Assembly (NCBI GenBank): GCA_040755995.1
Contig: JBFMAF010000041.1
Location: 78,248-142,247 of the forward strand
DNA: 64,000 bases
Source: Acidobacteriota bacterium
Lineage (GTDB): Bacteria; Acidobacteriota; CAIWXX01
Direction of reading: 5' to 3'
Below the pieces are notes generated by a model. The model worked only from the letters and a program-made list of their open reading frames with translations, did not search any database and had not been told where the DNA came from. Shown piece by piece: positions 19,326 to 29,091 of this stretch (the first letter of the stretch is position 1; each line of letters starts with the position of its first letter). Both the position numbers and the translations under genes were made by a program.

Positions 19326-19520
19326 GTGACGAAAAGGCAGAAAACCGCCGACGAGATCATCAAGGAGCGTGAAGAGGCCTTGGCCAAGAAGGGGGTTGCC
19401 GGCTCGGAGATCGACTCGCTGTACGGCCCCATCCGGAGGGAGTTGAGGTCTCTGAAGTCCCGCAAACAGCAGGTCGACGAGGAGATGGCCAAGCTCAAAG
19501 CCAAGCTCGGAAAGAGATAG
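19326..19520 (+). CDS. Small basic coiled-coil protein (64 aa)
   Basis: GGAGG before GTG; heptad-like C-terminus. Confidence 0.65.
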   Translation: MTKRQKTADEIIKEREEALAKKGVAGSEIDSLYGPIRRELRSLKSRKQQVDEEMAKLKAKLGKR

Positions 19521-19740
19521 CCCATGCCCCGGCCTGCTCAGAGGGACACCTAGTGGCTGCATCGACCGCCCGACTGTCTCATCCGCAGATCTCGCGGGTT
19601 CTGTGAGGCTCCACAGGTCGCGCCCGTGCTCGAAGCCGGGGGGCATGCTGCGCAATCCCCCGAGATCCGTGCGGACTGCGGATTCGCCCACCACTCGCGC
19701 ATGCACCAGCGCTGGGGTGGATGGGGATGGGGCGTGCAGA

Positions 19741-19769
19741 TTGACGCGGCCGCCGGCATCGGCTATACT
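19741..19769 (+). promoter_or_regulatory. tmRNA promoter
   Basis: TTGACG-17-TATACT. Confidence 0.8.
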
Positions 19770-19794
19770 GGATCAGATGAGGACAGCTTCGAAA

Positions 19795-20141
19795 GGGGGC
19801 GAAAGGGTTCGACGGGGATAACGAGGCCTTTAGCGGCATGCCAGGGCCCACCCACCCTGTCAAAAGGTGGAACACAAAACTGCTGACAATCAGCTAGCAC
19901 TGGCCGCCTAGAGCGGCCACGTCCGCGGAGGCCATCCTGCGGGTCTCCGACGGGCGTCACTCAGCAGGATAGCCCAGCCGAAGATGCTCCTGCGACGGCG
20001 AGGCGAATTCCCAGAGGAGCTGGTTGGACATGCCCGTCGGTCGGCGGAATGCCCGGCGAGAACAACATTGGCCGACTAAGCGTGTAGAAGTTATTGGCTG
20101 AAGATTTCCGGACGCGGGTTCAATTCCCGCCGCCTCCACCA
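19795..20141 (+). ncRNA. ssrA: tmRNA, tag peptide (A)ADNQLALAA*
   Basis: 5' GGGGGCGAAAGGGTTCGAC; 3' GACGCGGGTTCAATTCCCGCCGCCTCCACCA; tag ORF 19882-19911. Confidence 0.96.
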
Positions 20142-20159
20142 TCGCGTCACCTTCTGTCG

Positions 20160-20960
20160 GTGGCTGTGGGTTGTATTCTTGCCAGCCTCGTGCTGCCTCC
20201 CGATATGCAATGCGAGACACCTGGGCAGGCGCAGGGGGCTGCTCCCAGAACTGTCTGCATTGATCCGGGGCACGGTGGGGCCAACATCGGGGCTGAGGGT
20301 CCAACGGGGTTGCTCGAGAAGGATCTGGTGCTCAAGATCGCGCGGAAGGTGAAGTTCCTGTTGGAGGAGAGGCTTGGTGCCCGCGTCATCCTCAGCAGGG
20401 AAAGCGATGTCGATGTCAGTCTGGACGAACGGACTGCCGTTGCCAACCACAACAACGCAGATATCTTCGTCTCGATCCACTTGAATGCCAGTCGCAGGGG
20501 ATCGGCAGCCGGTAGCGAGACCTACTTCCTGAACCACCAGGCGACCGACAGCGACGCCAGGGCATTGGCCACTGAAGAGAACGGGGTATTGCCGGAGGAG
20601 GCTGCAAGGGGAGGGGACGGGAGCACCGATCTCCAGATGATTCTCTGGGAGCTGGCTCAGGCTGAATACCTGCAGGAGAGCAGCCAGCTGGCAGAGGAGA
20701 TACAGAACGAACTAAACGGTATCTACGAAATCGAGAACCGCGGCATAAAGCAGGCGCCGTTTCGCGTGCTGATGGGGGCGAGGATGCCGGCGTGCCTGGT
20801 AGAATTGGGCTTCATTTCCAACCGTGAGGAGGAGAAGCGTCTCGCCTCAGACGGCTTCCAGAACGCCCTCGCCGGGGCGTTGTATCGTGCCATTTCCGGC
20901 TTCCTTGTCGAGCAGACCAGGAAGTTGGCCCCGGCAGCCACAGGTCAGAATCCCGGGTAG
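20160..20960 (+). CDS. N-acetylmuramoyl-L-alanine amidase (Amidase_3)
   Basis: IDPGHGG, LEKDLVL, FVSIHLNA, ACLVELGFISN; start uncertain. Confidence 0.92.
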   Translation: MAVGCILASLVLPPDMQCETPGQAQGAAPRTVCIDPGHGGANIGAEGPTGLLEKDLVLKIARKVKFLLEERLGARVILSRESDVDVSLDERTAVANHNNADIFVSIHLNASRRGSAAGSETYFLNHQATDSDARALATEENGVLPEEAARGGDGSTDLQMILWELAQAEYLQESSQLAEEIQNELNGIYEIENRGIKQAPFRVLMGARMPACLVELGFISNREEEKRLASDGFQNALAGALYRAISGFLVEQTRKLAPAATGQNPG

Positions 20961-21136
20961 ACCGAGACCATCAGCCCAGACAATGGAGCCCCCCACTCCG
21001 CGGCTATTTCGCAACACCTTGATATCATTCACAAACCGCATACCGCGCTGGTTGCCCAACGTGATCGTGGTCCGGAACATGGACGGTGCAGCGTCCGGCC
21101 GGGACTCGGGCGACATGTCATGAGGAGCACGTTGCC

Positions 21137-21739
21137 TTGAGTCGCCTGGCGTACCTGCTCGTGGCGGTCTTGACATTTGCCACGATAATGTCCGGGCTGT
21201 ACTTCTTCGTCTTGCGCAAGCCGGTCACGAAGGGAAAACCTGACTCGACGAAGTACACGGTGACGTCCCGCCCTCTGTTCACCGCAACGGAGAACAGGAA
21301 GAAGGTCACGCTGTTCTTCCCATCTGCGAGCGGGTTTGCGCTGGTACCCGTGGAACGCGAGATCTATGCGACGAACTCGGCGGCCAACCAGATGAAACAG
21401 ATCGTGGTCGAGCTGATAAAGGGGCCAGACGAGGCGCGTGGTGTCGCTCTGGCAGCGCTGCCCGAGGCCACCAGGCTGCGCGAGATCTTCATGCGAGATG
21501 CGGTGGTATACGTGGACCTGACGAAGGAGCTCTCGCAGAACCTGGAGGGCGGTAGCGAGACCGAGCTGCTCACGATCTACTCGCTGGTGGATTCTCTCGT
21601 CTACAACTTTGCAGACGTCAAGCGGGTGAAGATTCTGATCGAGGGCGCGGAGGTCGAGACGCTCGCCGGCCACGTTGATCTCCAGCGGCCGCTTGAGAAA
21701 GACCTCGGCTACGTCCAGTCCAGGCTCCCCGGCACATGA
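21137..21739 (+). CDS. GerMN domain protein
   Basis: N-terminal TM; LVPVERE, ELIKGP, GGSETELLTIYSLV, ETLAGHVDL; GAGGAG before TTG. Confidence 0.9.
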   Translation: MSRLAYLLVAVLTFATIMSGLYFFVLRKPVTKGKPDSTKYTVTSRPLFTATENRKKVTLFFPSASGFALVPVEREIYATNSAANQMKQIVVELIKGPDEARGVALAALPEATRLREIFMRDAVVYVDLTKELSQNLEGGSETELLTIYSLVDSLVYNFADVKRVKILIEGAEVETLAGHVDLQRPLEKDLGYVQSRLPGT

Positions 21740-22539
21740 CGGACGGGGCGATCGGCGTTTTCGATTCGGGGATCGGCGGTCTCACAGTCTACGCGGAAAT
21801 ACGCAAGCGTTTCCCACGGCGTAGGATCCTGTACCTGGGCGACACAGCCCGGGTCCCCTACGGCATCAAGTCTACCCACACAATCATCCGGTACTCTTTG
21901 GAGAATGCCAGTTTTCTGATGAGACGGGGAGTCGAGACTATCGTGGTCGCCTGCAACACATCCTCCGCCACGGCTCTAAACACTCTCGAGAAGCAGATAC
22001 CGGTGCCTGTCATCGGTGTCATTCGGCCCGGAGCTGAGGCGGCTGTGCGCAAGACCCGGAGCCGGCGGATCGCTGTCATCGGAACCGAAGCGACGGTGCG
22101 CTCGAACGCGTACCTCAAGGCTTTGCGGGAGCTTGACCGTGGGGTCAAAGTTTTCTCCAAGGCATGCCCTCTATTCGTGCCGTTGGTCGAGGAGGGCTGG
22201 CTGGACCACGAGGTGACAAGGCGAGTGGCAGAGATCTACCTGCACGACCTGCGCGAGTCCAGGGTGGACACGGTGGTCCTGGGTTGCACCCATTACCCCC
22301 TGCTGAAACGCACAATCAGAAGCGTGCTGGGCGGAAAGGATGAGGTCGAGATCGTGGATTCAGCAGAAGCCGTGGCTGAGGAGGTTTGTAGAAAGGTGCC
22401 AGCAGACAACCCTGCGGAGCGGCAAGGGACAACGGAGTTCTACGTCACAGACTCCGCAGATCGTTTTCGGCGGGTCGCCGAGCTGTTCCTCGGCGGGCTG
22501 CACGGCGCAGTCGCGGAGGTCGACTTGCTCCGCGACTAG
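21736..22539 (+). CDS. murI: Glutamate racemase
   Basis: FDSGIGGLTV, VACNTSS, LGCTHYP. Confidence 0.97.
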   Translation: MTDGAIGVFDSGIGGLTVYAEIRKRFPRRRILYLGDTARVPYGIKSTHTIIRYSLENASFLMRRGVETIVVACNTSSATALNTLEKQIPVPVIGVIRPGAEAAVRKTRSRRIAVIGTEATVRSNAYLKALRELDRGVKVFSKACPLFVPLVEEGWLDHEVTRRVAEIYLHDLRESRVDTVVLGCTHYPLLKRTIRSVLGGKDEVEIVDSAEAVAEEVCRKVPADNPAERQGTTEFYVTDSADRFRRVAELFLGGLHGAVAEVDLLRD

Positions 22540-22632
22540 CAGCTCGCGGAGCCTGATGAAGAGGATGATGTCACAGCCAGGTCGAGCTACCTCGGCGACA
22601 ACCTGCCGAGAGCGGCACTGCCAGGGGCGGAG

Positions 22633-23370
22633 GTGAAGATGATTTCCAGAGCGAATGCGCGGGGACCAGCTGATCTCAGACGGGCGTCGATCACGCCTGG
22701 GTTCGTCAAGAACGCTCACGGGTCCGTCTTGATGGAACTTGGTGATACTCGCGTGATCTGTACTGCGTGTCGCGAAGACCGCGTGCCTCCGTTCCTCCGC
22801 AACTCCGGCAAGGGCTGGATCACCGCAGAGTATGGAATGATCCCGGGCTCCACGAGCACCCGTACGGCCCGCGAGTCGAGCCTCGGAAGACAGTCGGGCC
22901 GGAGCCACGAGATCCAGCGTCTAATAGGGCGGGCGTTGAGATCAATCGTCGACTTGCACGCCATGGGCGAACAGACTATCTGGATCGACTGCGATGTGAT
23001 CCAGGCAGACGGCTCGACGCGCTGCGCAGCCATCACAGGCTCGTTTGTGGCCATGGCGCTGGCCATGAAGAGAATGACCTTCCAGAACCACCTCAAGGCT
23101 GTGCCTATCAAAGATTTCGTGGCCGCGGCCAGTGTCGGCATCATCGCCGGCGACCCGCTGCTGGACCTGGACTACCAGGAGGACAGCATGGCCGAGGTCG
23201 ACATGAACGTCGTTCAGACCGGCCGAGGGAAGTTTGTGGAGCTCCAGGGCACCGCCGAGGGCAGACCGTTCGACGGTTCCGAGCTCCAGGCGCTCATCGA
23301 GCTCGCAGAGAAGGGAATCAAGGAATTGATCGGCCTCCAAAGGACGATCTTTCCCGACCTCTCTGTCTGA
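22633..23370 (+). CDS. rph: Ribonuclease PH
   Basis: GWITAEYGM, EIQRLIGRALR, DCDVIQADG, DMNVV, ELQGTAE. Confidence 0.96.
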   Translation: MKMISRANARGPADLRRASITPGFVKNAHGSVLMELGDTRVICTACREDRVPPFLRNSGKGWITAEYGMIPGSTSTRTARESSLGRQSGRSHEIQRLIGRALRSIVDLHAMGEQTIWIDCDVIQADGSTRCAAITGSFVAMALAMKRMTFQNHLKAVPIKDFVAAASVGIIAGDPLLDLDYQEDSMAEVDMNVVQTGRGKFVELQGTAEGRPFDGSELQALIELAEKGIKELIGLQRTIFPDLSV

Positions 23371-23498
23371 GACCGCCCCGCCTTTCGGACCGCCCACGAG
23401 GCTCGGACTTCAGACTCACACTCTTAGATTGCCCCGGCCTAGCGGCGCCCGATCCGATATCTGCAAACTGGGGCATGCACCTGACCCCCCCAGCGCGC

Positions 23499-25259
23499 CT
23501 ACTTCTTCTTGCCGGCCTGCTGCTTGTCCTTGGATGCGGGCCCCCCCAGCGCGGCCTGCAGCTTTTCGGCGAAGAGGCCGAACATCGGGGCCTCTTGCGG
23601 TGCCACTGGCGCTTCCGCCTGAGCCGCAGCCGCGGGCTTCTGCACCGGTGCGGCAACCCGCGGGCCCAGATCGAAACTAACCTTGCTCACGTCCAGGCGG
23701 AACATCCCTTCTGCCACGTCTTCGCTTCTCTGGTAGAACGCGGGGTAGGAGAGGAGCAGCCGAAGGTACTTTTCCCACGGAACGAATGCCAGAACGTCCA
23801 CCAAGTGATAGAGCTTCATCATGTTCATAGGGAAGCTCTTCTTCGGGTCGCCCAGGTGATGCATCAGCTTGGCAACCGCCTCGTACAAATCTCTCCGGCG
23901 GTGGATCTCGGGCTGGAGCGGCTCGATCCTCTGCAGCTCCTCGGTCGTCACCAGCGCCTCCGCCAGCGTCCGGCATGTAGATGAACGTCTCTCGTCGGCA
24001 GCCACTATGAGATCCTTCCTCTCATCATAGTGAAAGCCGATACCATCCACCGCCTTGTCGACCGTTTCGAACTGAAGCAAGTACCCGTCATCCTGCCGCC
24101 TCAGCTGCACAATGTCCCCTTGCCTGCACCTGGCGAAGAGGTCGCCGAACCCCAGCAACAGCCCGAACTCGGGGAAGAAATCAATCATGAACCGCTTCGC
24201 GCCTGCTGCTACCGGGATCTCCCGCTCCTGTGCAAAGAAGCCCGGAGGGAGATGCATCGGGCGCAGCGAGCCCGCAACGATGTCCCGGAATGACAATGCC
24301 ATGCGAATCGCCCGGTCGACAGGTTCGAGGAACGGTACCCCAACCCGCTCGCGCTTGCGAGCCAGGATCTCCTCTTCGCCCTCGATCGTCTCCACGAAGT
24401 CCTCCAGGCGCGCGCGGAGCGCCCGCGTGGAGTTCTTCTTGGCCTCGAGGTTCTCGGCGAGGTTCCATCGCCCCCACCCCTTGAAAGCCACGCACACGAA
24501 CTTCTTGCTGTAGAAGCTATCGAGCGTGTGGTCGAAAGAGATCGCCAGCGTGGGAAAGCGGACGTCGTCGGGAGTGGTCGAGAAGACCTCCGCCAGAATG
24601 TGCTCGGTGGCTACCGAACCCCTCCGGTCCCGAATCAGCTTCTCTGCGCGATGGATGATTGCCGGGTTTATCTCGATTCGGCGGTCCGCCAGGTACCATA
24701 GCTGCTGCCAGCGGAAGAAAGCTGGGGATGCTTCTACCTCCTGTGCAAGCGTCGCCTTGTACAGCTCGACCTCCTCGGCCGTCGGCTCGTCTTCCTTGAA
24801 GCGAGCGTCCTGCGCGTCGTCGACATACCGCGGCTCGATGGGAGCATCGTCCTGCGCGCACGGTATCAGCAGCTTCGCGCCGGTCTTGGCCAGGAATTCG
24901 GTATGCAGCTTGAAGCTGCCCCCGCCCTCGTACTTCACTTCGAGCATCGTGCATGGGAGCACAGGATGCCGGAACCTGTCGACGACGCTGAGCAGGATTT
25001 CCTCGCTGACATGCACCGTGCGCGTCTTGCCGGCGCGGAGGGCCTCGTCATACTTCTTGAGGACCAGGTCGCCCACCTCGTAATCGCAGCGCGGATCGAA
25101 GATCTTGATTCGTTTCCGCGCGAGCGACGCGAGCTTCCTATCGACCAGTTGTTGCTGGAGGGCAGCCATGGCGATCGGCTCCCCGGTTTCCTCGAGGTAG
25201 GCGTACGCGGCCCTCAGGTCGTCGGGTTGAAACTCCAGTCGCTTCTTCGTCTCTGCCAT
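23499..25259 (-). CDS. Hypothetical protein (about 586 aa)
   Basis: Long ORF; TTGACA-18-TAGCAT (25333-25304) supports the start at 25259. Confidence 0.8.
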   Translation of the reverse strand: MAETKKRLEFQPDDLRAAYAYLEETGEPIAMAALQQQLVDRKLASLARKRIKIFDPRCDYEVGDLVLKKYDEALRAGKTRTVHVSEEILLSVVDRFRHPVLPCTMLEVKYEGGGSFKLHTEFLAKTGAKLLIPCAQDDAPIEPRYVDDAQDARFKEDEPTAEEVELYKATLAQEVEASPAFFRWQQLWYLADRRIEINPAIIHRAEKLIRDRRGSVATEHILAEVFSTTPDDVRFPTLAISFDHTLDSFYSKKFVCVAFKGWGRWNLAENLEAKKNSTRALRARLEDFVETIEGEEEILARKRERVGVPFLEPVDRAIRMALSFRDIVAGSLRPMHLPPGFFAQEREIPVAAGAKRFMIDFFPEFGLLLGFGDLFARCRQGDIVQLRRQDDGYLLQFETVDKAVDGIGFHYDERKDLIVAADERRSSTCRTLAEALVTTEELQRIEPLQPEIHRRRDLYEAVAKLMHHLGDPKKSFPMNMMKLYHLVDVLAFVPWEKYLRLLLSYPAFYQRSEDVAEGMFRLDVSKVSFDLGPRVAAPVQKPAAAAQAEAPVAPQEAPMFGLFAEKLQAALGGPASKDKQQAGKKK

Positions 25260-25372
25260 GCGCAATGCATCCACCGCCGGATCCGTTGCCAGAATGGACT
25301 CTGATGCTACCACCAGCCTCGTCCGACTGTCAAGGGTTGCGCGCGGCAACTCCGTCAGGTAGGCTGCGCTGC

Positions 25373-25999
25373 ATGAAGAAGAAGGTAGATCTGCTCGTTG
25401 CTACTTCCAACCCGGGGAAGATCCGTGAGATCCGGCGTCTTCTGAAGGGCACTGGGCTGAGGGTGGCATGGCTGCAAACGCTCGGGGACGCCTGCCCTCC
25501 GGCCCCGAAGGAGACAGGCCGGACGTTTGCTCAGAACGCACGACTCAAGGCCCGGTCCTACGCGACCCGCTGCGGTTTCGTGACCTTCTCCGAGGACAGC
25601 GGATTGTGTGTGGAAATGCTGGGTGGAGCGCCGGGGTACCTTTCGGCGAGATACCTCGGAATGGGGGCGTCCTACGATCAGCGGTGCAGGCACGTCCTGA
25701 GGCTGCTCGAAGGAAAGCCCCGGCGGCTCCGCCGAGCCTCCTTCCAGGCCGCGGGCGCGGTGGTTGATCCTGCGGGGCGGGTGCTCTTTGAAGCCACGGG
25801 AAGGTGCCCTGGACTGATCGCGTATGCCATGTCGGGCCGCCGGGGCTTCGGGTACGATCCCATATTCTACTACCCTCCGGCCCGGAAGACCTTCGCGCAG
25901 ATGGCCGCGGCCGAGAAGAACGCGGTGAGCCACCGGGCGCGACTCCTTGCGAAGCTTCGCCGATTCCTGGTCAGAAGTTCCGCTCGTTCTGGTTCCTGA
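25373..25999 (+). CDS. rdgB: Non-canonical purine NTP pyrophosphatase (XTP/dITP)
   Basis: ATSNPGK, EDSGL, GFGYDPIF, KNAVSHR. Confidence 0.94.
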   Translation: MKKKVDLLVATSNPGKIREIRRLLKGTGLRVAWLQTLGDACPPAPKETGRTFAQNARLKARSYATRCGFVTFSEDSGLCVEMLGGAPGYLSARYLGMGASYDQRCRHVLRLLEGKPRRLRRASFQAAGAVVDPAGRVLFEATGRCPGLIAYAMSGRRGFGYDPIFYYPPARKTFAQMAAAEKNAVSHRARLLAKLRRFLVRSSARSGS

Positions 26000-26489
26000 A
26001 AATGCCTCGGTATGACGCGCGTCCAACCGTTCGCTGGAAGACGAACTGGCATATCGGCAGGCCCGGCTTGAGGTAAATCGGGATGGGGCTGAAGTTGCTG
26101 ATCTCGAGGCATTGTTTGTTGGATATGCCGGGCTGCATGAAGCTTGCCGATATGTGGACGAGCAGCCCGAGACGCGCGAAACGACTTCGGCCCTCCAACC
26201 AACCGCAGATGTCGGGCGCAAGGCGGATGCTCTCCAGGGTGATGCCGAGCACAGTCTCTTGCGGCATCAGCATCAATCGATCCCGGACCCGCACCTTCTC
26301 GGTAACCTGCTCATAATTCAGACTCTCGCTTATTTCCAGTACGTTGTGCCCTTTCTTGAAGACTCGGAACTCCTTGCCCAGGTGCAAATCGACTGACGCA
26401 GGCCCCACGCAACCAGGATCGAACGGGCGAATCCGGATGTTACCGCGCTTGATCTCCTTGAGTATCTCCTGCTGTGTCAGGATCGACAT
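25971..26489 (-). CDS. dcd: dCTP deaminase
   Basis: PASVDLHLG, LEGRSRFARLGL, LEISN, PICQFVF. Confidence 0.9.
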   Translation of the reverse strand: MSILTQQEILKEIKRGNIRIRPFDPGCVGPASVDLHLGKEFRVFKKGHNVLEISESLNYEQVTEKVRVRDRLMLMPQETVLGITLESIRLAPDICGWLEGRSRFARLGLLVHISASFMQPGISNKQCLEISNFSPIPIYLKPGLPICQFVFQRTVGRASYRGIFRNQNERNF

Positions 26490-26660
26490 GGTCTTGTCGT
26501 AGTTCCTTTCGTCGCTGAAAGTCCCCATGCGACGGACGCGTGGGCGTGATGATAGCCATGCCCGTGAGCCTGCATGAAACGCCCTTCGACATTGTGAGGG
26601 GAGATGCGAGGATACACTTCCCCTCCCGAGCGTGGGCCGGCGGCATTCATAGCCGCGGAG

Positions 26661-27656
26661 CTAGTTGTTGTTTGCGAGCGCGCTGAGTCCTTTCCACTGG
26701 CTGGTGTGCCGCAGCTTGCGCAACGCATTGGCCTCGATCTGTCGAATCCTCTCGCGGGTGACACTGAACGCCCGTCCCACCTCGTCCAGCGTGTAGCGCC
26801 GCGGCTCGTCGATCCCGAACCGCATCTTCAGGACGCGCTCCTCGCGAGGCGACAGGCAATGCAGGTTCTCACGGACCTGTCTTGCCATGTCCTTGGTCAG
26901 CATCTCAGCGATCGGCGAAACCGCATTGACGTCGTTGATGAAGTGCGCCAGCGTGCTCTCCTCCTCCTCCCCAATTGGCTTCTCCAGGGGGACCGGAGCG
27001 TTTGCGACCTTCAACGCTTCAACGACCTTGTCCACGGGCAGTCCGATCCTGCGAGCGATTTCGGAAGGGGTGGCTTCGTGCCCCGCCTCCTGCGTGATCT
27101 CACGCGCATGCTTGACCACTTGGTTGTATATCTCGATCATGTGCACCGGGATCCGAATCACTCGACCCTTGTCAGCTATGGCACGTATCACCGCCTGCTT
27201 GATCCACCACACAGCATACGTGCTGAACTTGTTGCCCATCTGAAAATCGTACTTCTCAACGGCGCGGATCAGACCGAGATTGCCCTCCTGGATCAGGTCC
27301 ATCAGGGACAACCCGCGATTGACGTACTTCTTCGCGATGTTGACCACCAGCCTCAAGTTCGACATTATGAGCTCTTGCCTGGCCCGCTCGGCGTCACGCT
27401 CGATTTCGGCCACTTTGAGAGCCAGATGCCGCCGCTGCTGCAGCGCGATCTTGTCCTTGCGCTCCCGCAGCTTCTCTATCCGCCTCCGGTCCTTATCCAT
27501 CCACTTGGCCCGCTCGATCCGCTTGGCGATGCTGAGCTCCTCTTCTCGCGATAGCAGAGGAACTTTCCTGATGTCACGCAAATATGTCTTTAGCGTCGAG
27601 TCGGACTCTTCCCAGCTCGACCTCGCTGCTTCACCGTATCCCATGCTTGCTTCCAT
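26661..27656 (-). CDS. RpoD-like sigma-70 factor lacking region 1.1 (group 2-like)
   Basis: YLRDIRKVPLLSREEE, NLRLVVNIAKKY, DLIQEGNLGL, FSTYAVWWIKQ, VTRERIRQIE. Confidence 0.92.
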   Translation of the reverse strand: MEASMGYGEAARSSWEESDSTLKTYLRDIRKVPLLSREEELSIAKRIERAKWMDKDRRRIEKLRERKDKIALQQRRHLALKVAEIERDAERARQELIMSNLRLVVNIAKKYVNRGLSLMDLIQEGNLGLIRAVEKYDFQMGNKFSTYAVWWIKQAVIRAIADKGRVIRIPVHMIEIYNQVVKHAREITQEAGHEATPSEIARRIGLPVDKVVEALKVANAPVPLEKPIGEEEESTLAHFINDVNAVSPIAEMLTKDMARQVRENLHCLSPREERVLKMRFGIDEPRRYTLDEVGRAFSVTRERIRQIEANALRKLRHTSQWKGLSALANNN

Positions 27657-27953
27657 GATGCTACTTACGCCCTCCTCACTCCCAGCATATAACGCTCAAC
27701 ACCTCAAAACCGATTCTGCCCACCTGATTACCTCATACCTACTTATCGACAGAATCGAAGAAACCGTTAGGGTCGCACCCGCGCCAGCCTAGACCTCCGG
27801 CCGACCGCCTGCACCGACACACGCCCCGAGATTCGATCGAACTACATCCCGCGCAACGACGCACGGCTGCGCAACGCGATCGGCTTCACTTCTTCATTCT
27901 TCAATGCCATCGACCCCCAGACTACTCACGATTCCCCAGTACTGCCCCGGTAC

Positions 27954-27982
27954 AATATAGGACGCAGAGGCCAGTTTGTCAA
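27954..27982 (-). promoter_or_regulatory. Sigma-70 promoter for the sigma factor gene
   Basis: TTGACA-17-TATATT on the minus strand. Confidence 0.7.
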
Positions 27983-28119
27983 AGGCAGCCCGGGGGGCGG
28001 GGGCGGGGGCGGGCCGGTGGCTGTATCGCTGGGCCCTTGGCCAGCGGCTGGACCCGCCAGAGGCCCGGATCGTGGCAGCTTCCTGAGGCGGAATCCGTGT
28101 CTTGACCGGCTGGGTGAAA

Positions 28120-28196
28120 TGGCGCGCCTGGCTGGATTCGAACCAGCGGCCCTCTGCTTAGAAGGCAGATGCTCTGTCCAACTGAGCTACAGGCGC
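28120..28196 (-). tRNA. tRNA-Arg(TCT)
   Basis: Cloverleaf, anticodon loop CTTCTAA, encoded CCA. Confidence 0.97.
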
Positions 28197-28212
28197 GTAC
28201 CTGGCATGCATA

Positions 28213-28290
28213 TGGTCGGGACGAGTGGATTTGAACCACCGACCTCCTGCTCCCAAGGCAGGCGCGCTAACCAGGCTGCGCTACGTCCCG
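28213..28290 (-). tRNA. tRNA-Pro(TGG)
   Basis: Cloverleaf, anticodon loop CTTGGGA, encoded CCA; promoter TTGACA-18-TACATT at 28337-28308. Confidence 0.97.
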
Positions 28291-29091
28291 TTCTTGCTCG
28301 CGTACTCAATGTACCAGACTTCCGCACAACCTGTCAAAACATCGACGAGTAGGGTGGGACTCTATCTGGATGGGTCCCCGGTCTCACTGAGCCCGAGCCA
28401 AGCAGAGTGGCGCCTGGGATTCACGGCTGCCCGGCAGAGGCAGCGCAAGGCGCTGCCAGGAGAGAGAATGCAGAGGCGGCCCTTGGCGCGATCAATGGAA
28501 TTGCACTTCTGAACGGCCCAGGGCTGCCATCAAGCACGAAACCCTGCCGGCGAGAAGCCACAGCGGGAGAGTCCAACGCGGAGCCGGTCTGTCTCGGCGA
28601 AGCCACAGCGGGAGTCTCGCCCTGCGTGCTGCTGCGGTTCTATGCATTGAAAGTTGACATAATAATACTTATGCGACGCAACCAATCGGTCCGCGAAGCG
28701 GTCCGCCTCTAGCTTCGCAGCACCGCAGACAGCTTCCCGTCCCGCTTCACTTGCCTTTGGTCGGACCCTGCAACACGGAGCCATGAATCACGGTGCCCCC
28801 CAACCCGCTGTGGCAGCCCGCCGTCGCGGCAGATCTAAACGCAGCGGTTCTCGAAGGGAGAAGTGCTGCTTCGTTTCAGTCTTCACCCTACATCGTTCCC
28901 ACGTCGCCTATCCACGTCACCGACCGCGCCTGGCAACCAATCACGCAGAGCATGCGCCAGCAGTGGATTCACGATTGCAAGAGCGGTGCCGCCGGTCTAC
29001 GCTCGTCTATCCGACCTTGCACTATTACTTCCTCTAGTGCTATAGTCCGGGCATTGAGGCTAGCTGCGCGTGGCGCGTGCGGCTGAAGGTC

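Noticed and set aside
20094..20159. Amidase ORF extending into the tmRNA 3' end
   Set aside because: The extension translates the tmRNA T-arm and acceptor stem; the true start is probably downstream
20142..20200. Possible island integrated at ssrA
   Set aside because: No integrase or att duplication seen; core genes follow directly
25971..25999. Convergent rdgB/dcd overlap
   Set aside because: Short tail-to-tail overlaps are common
28554..28614. Mini-CRISPR
   Set aside because: Only two 16-bp copies and no cas genes in the window
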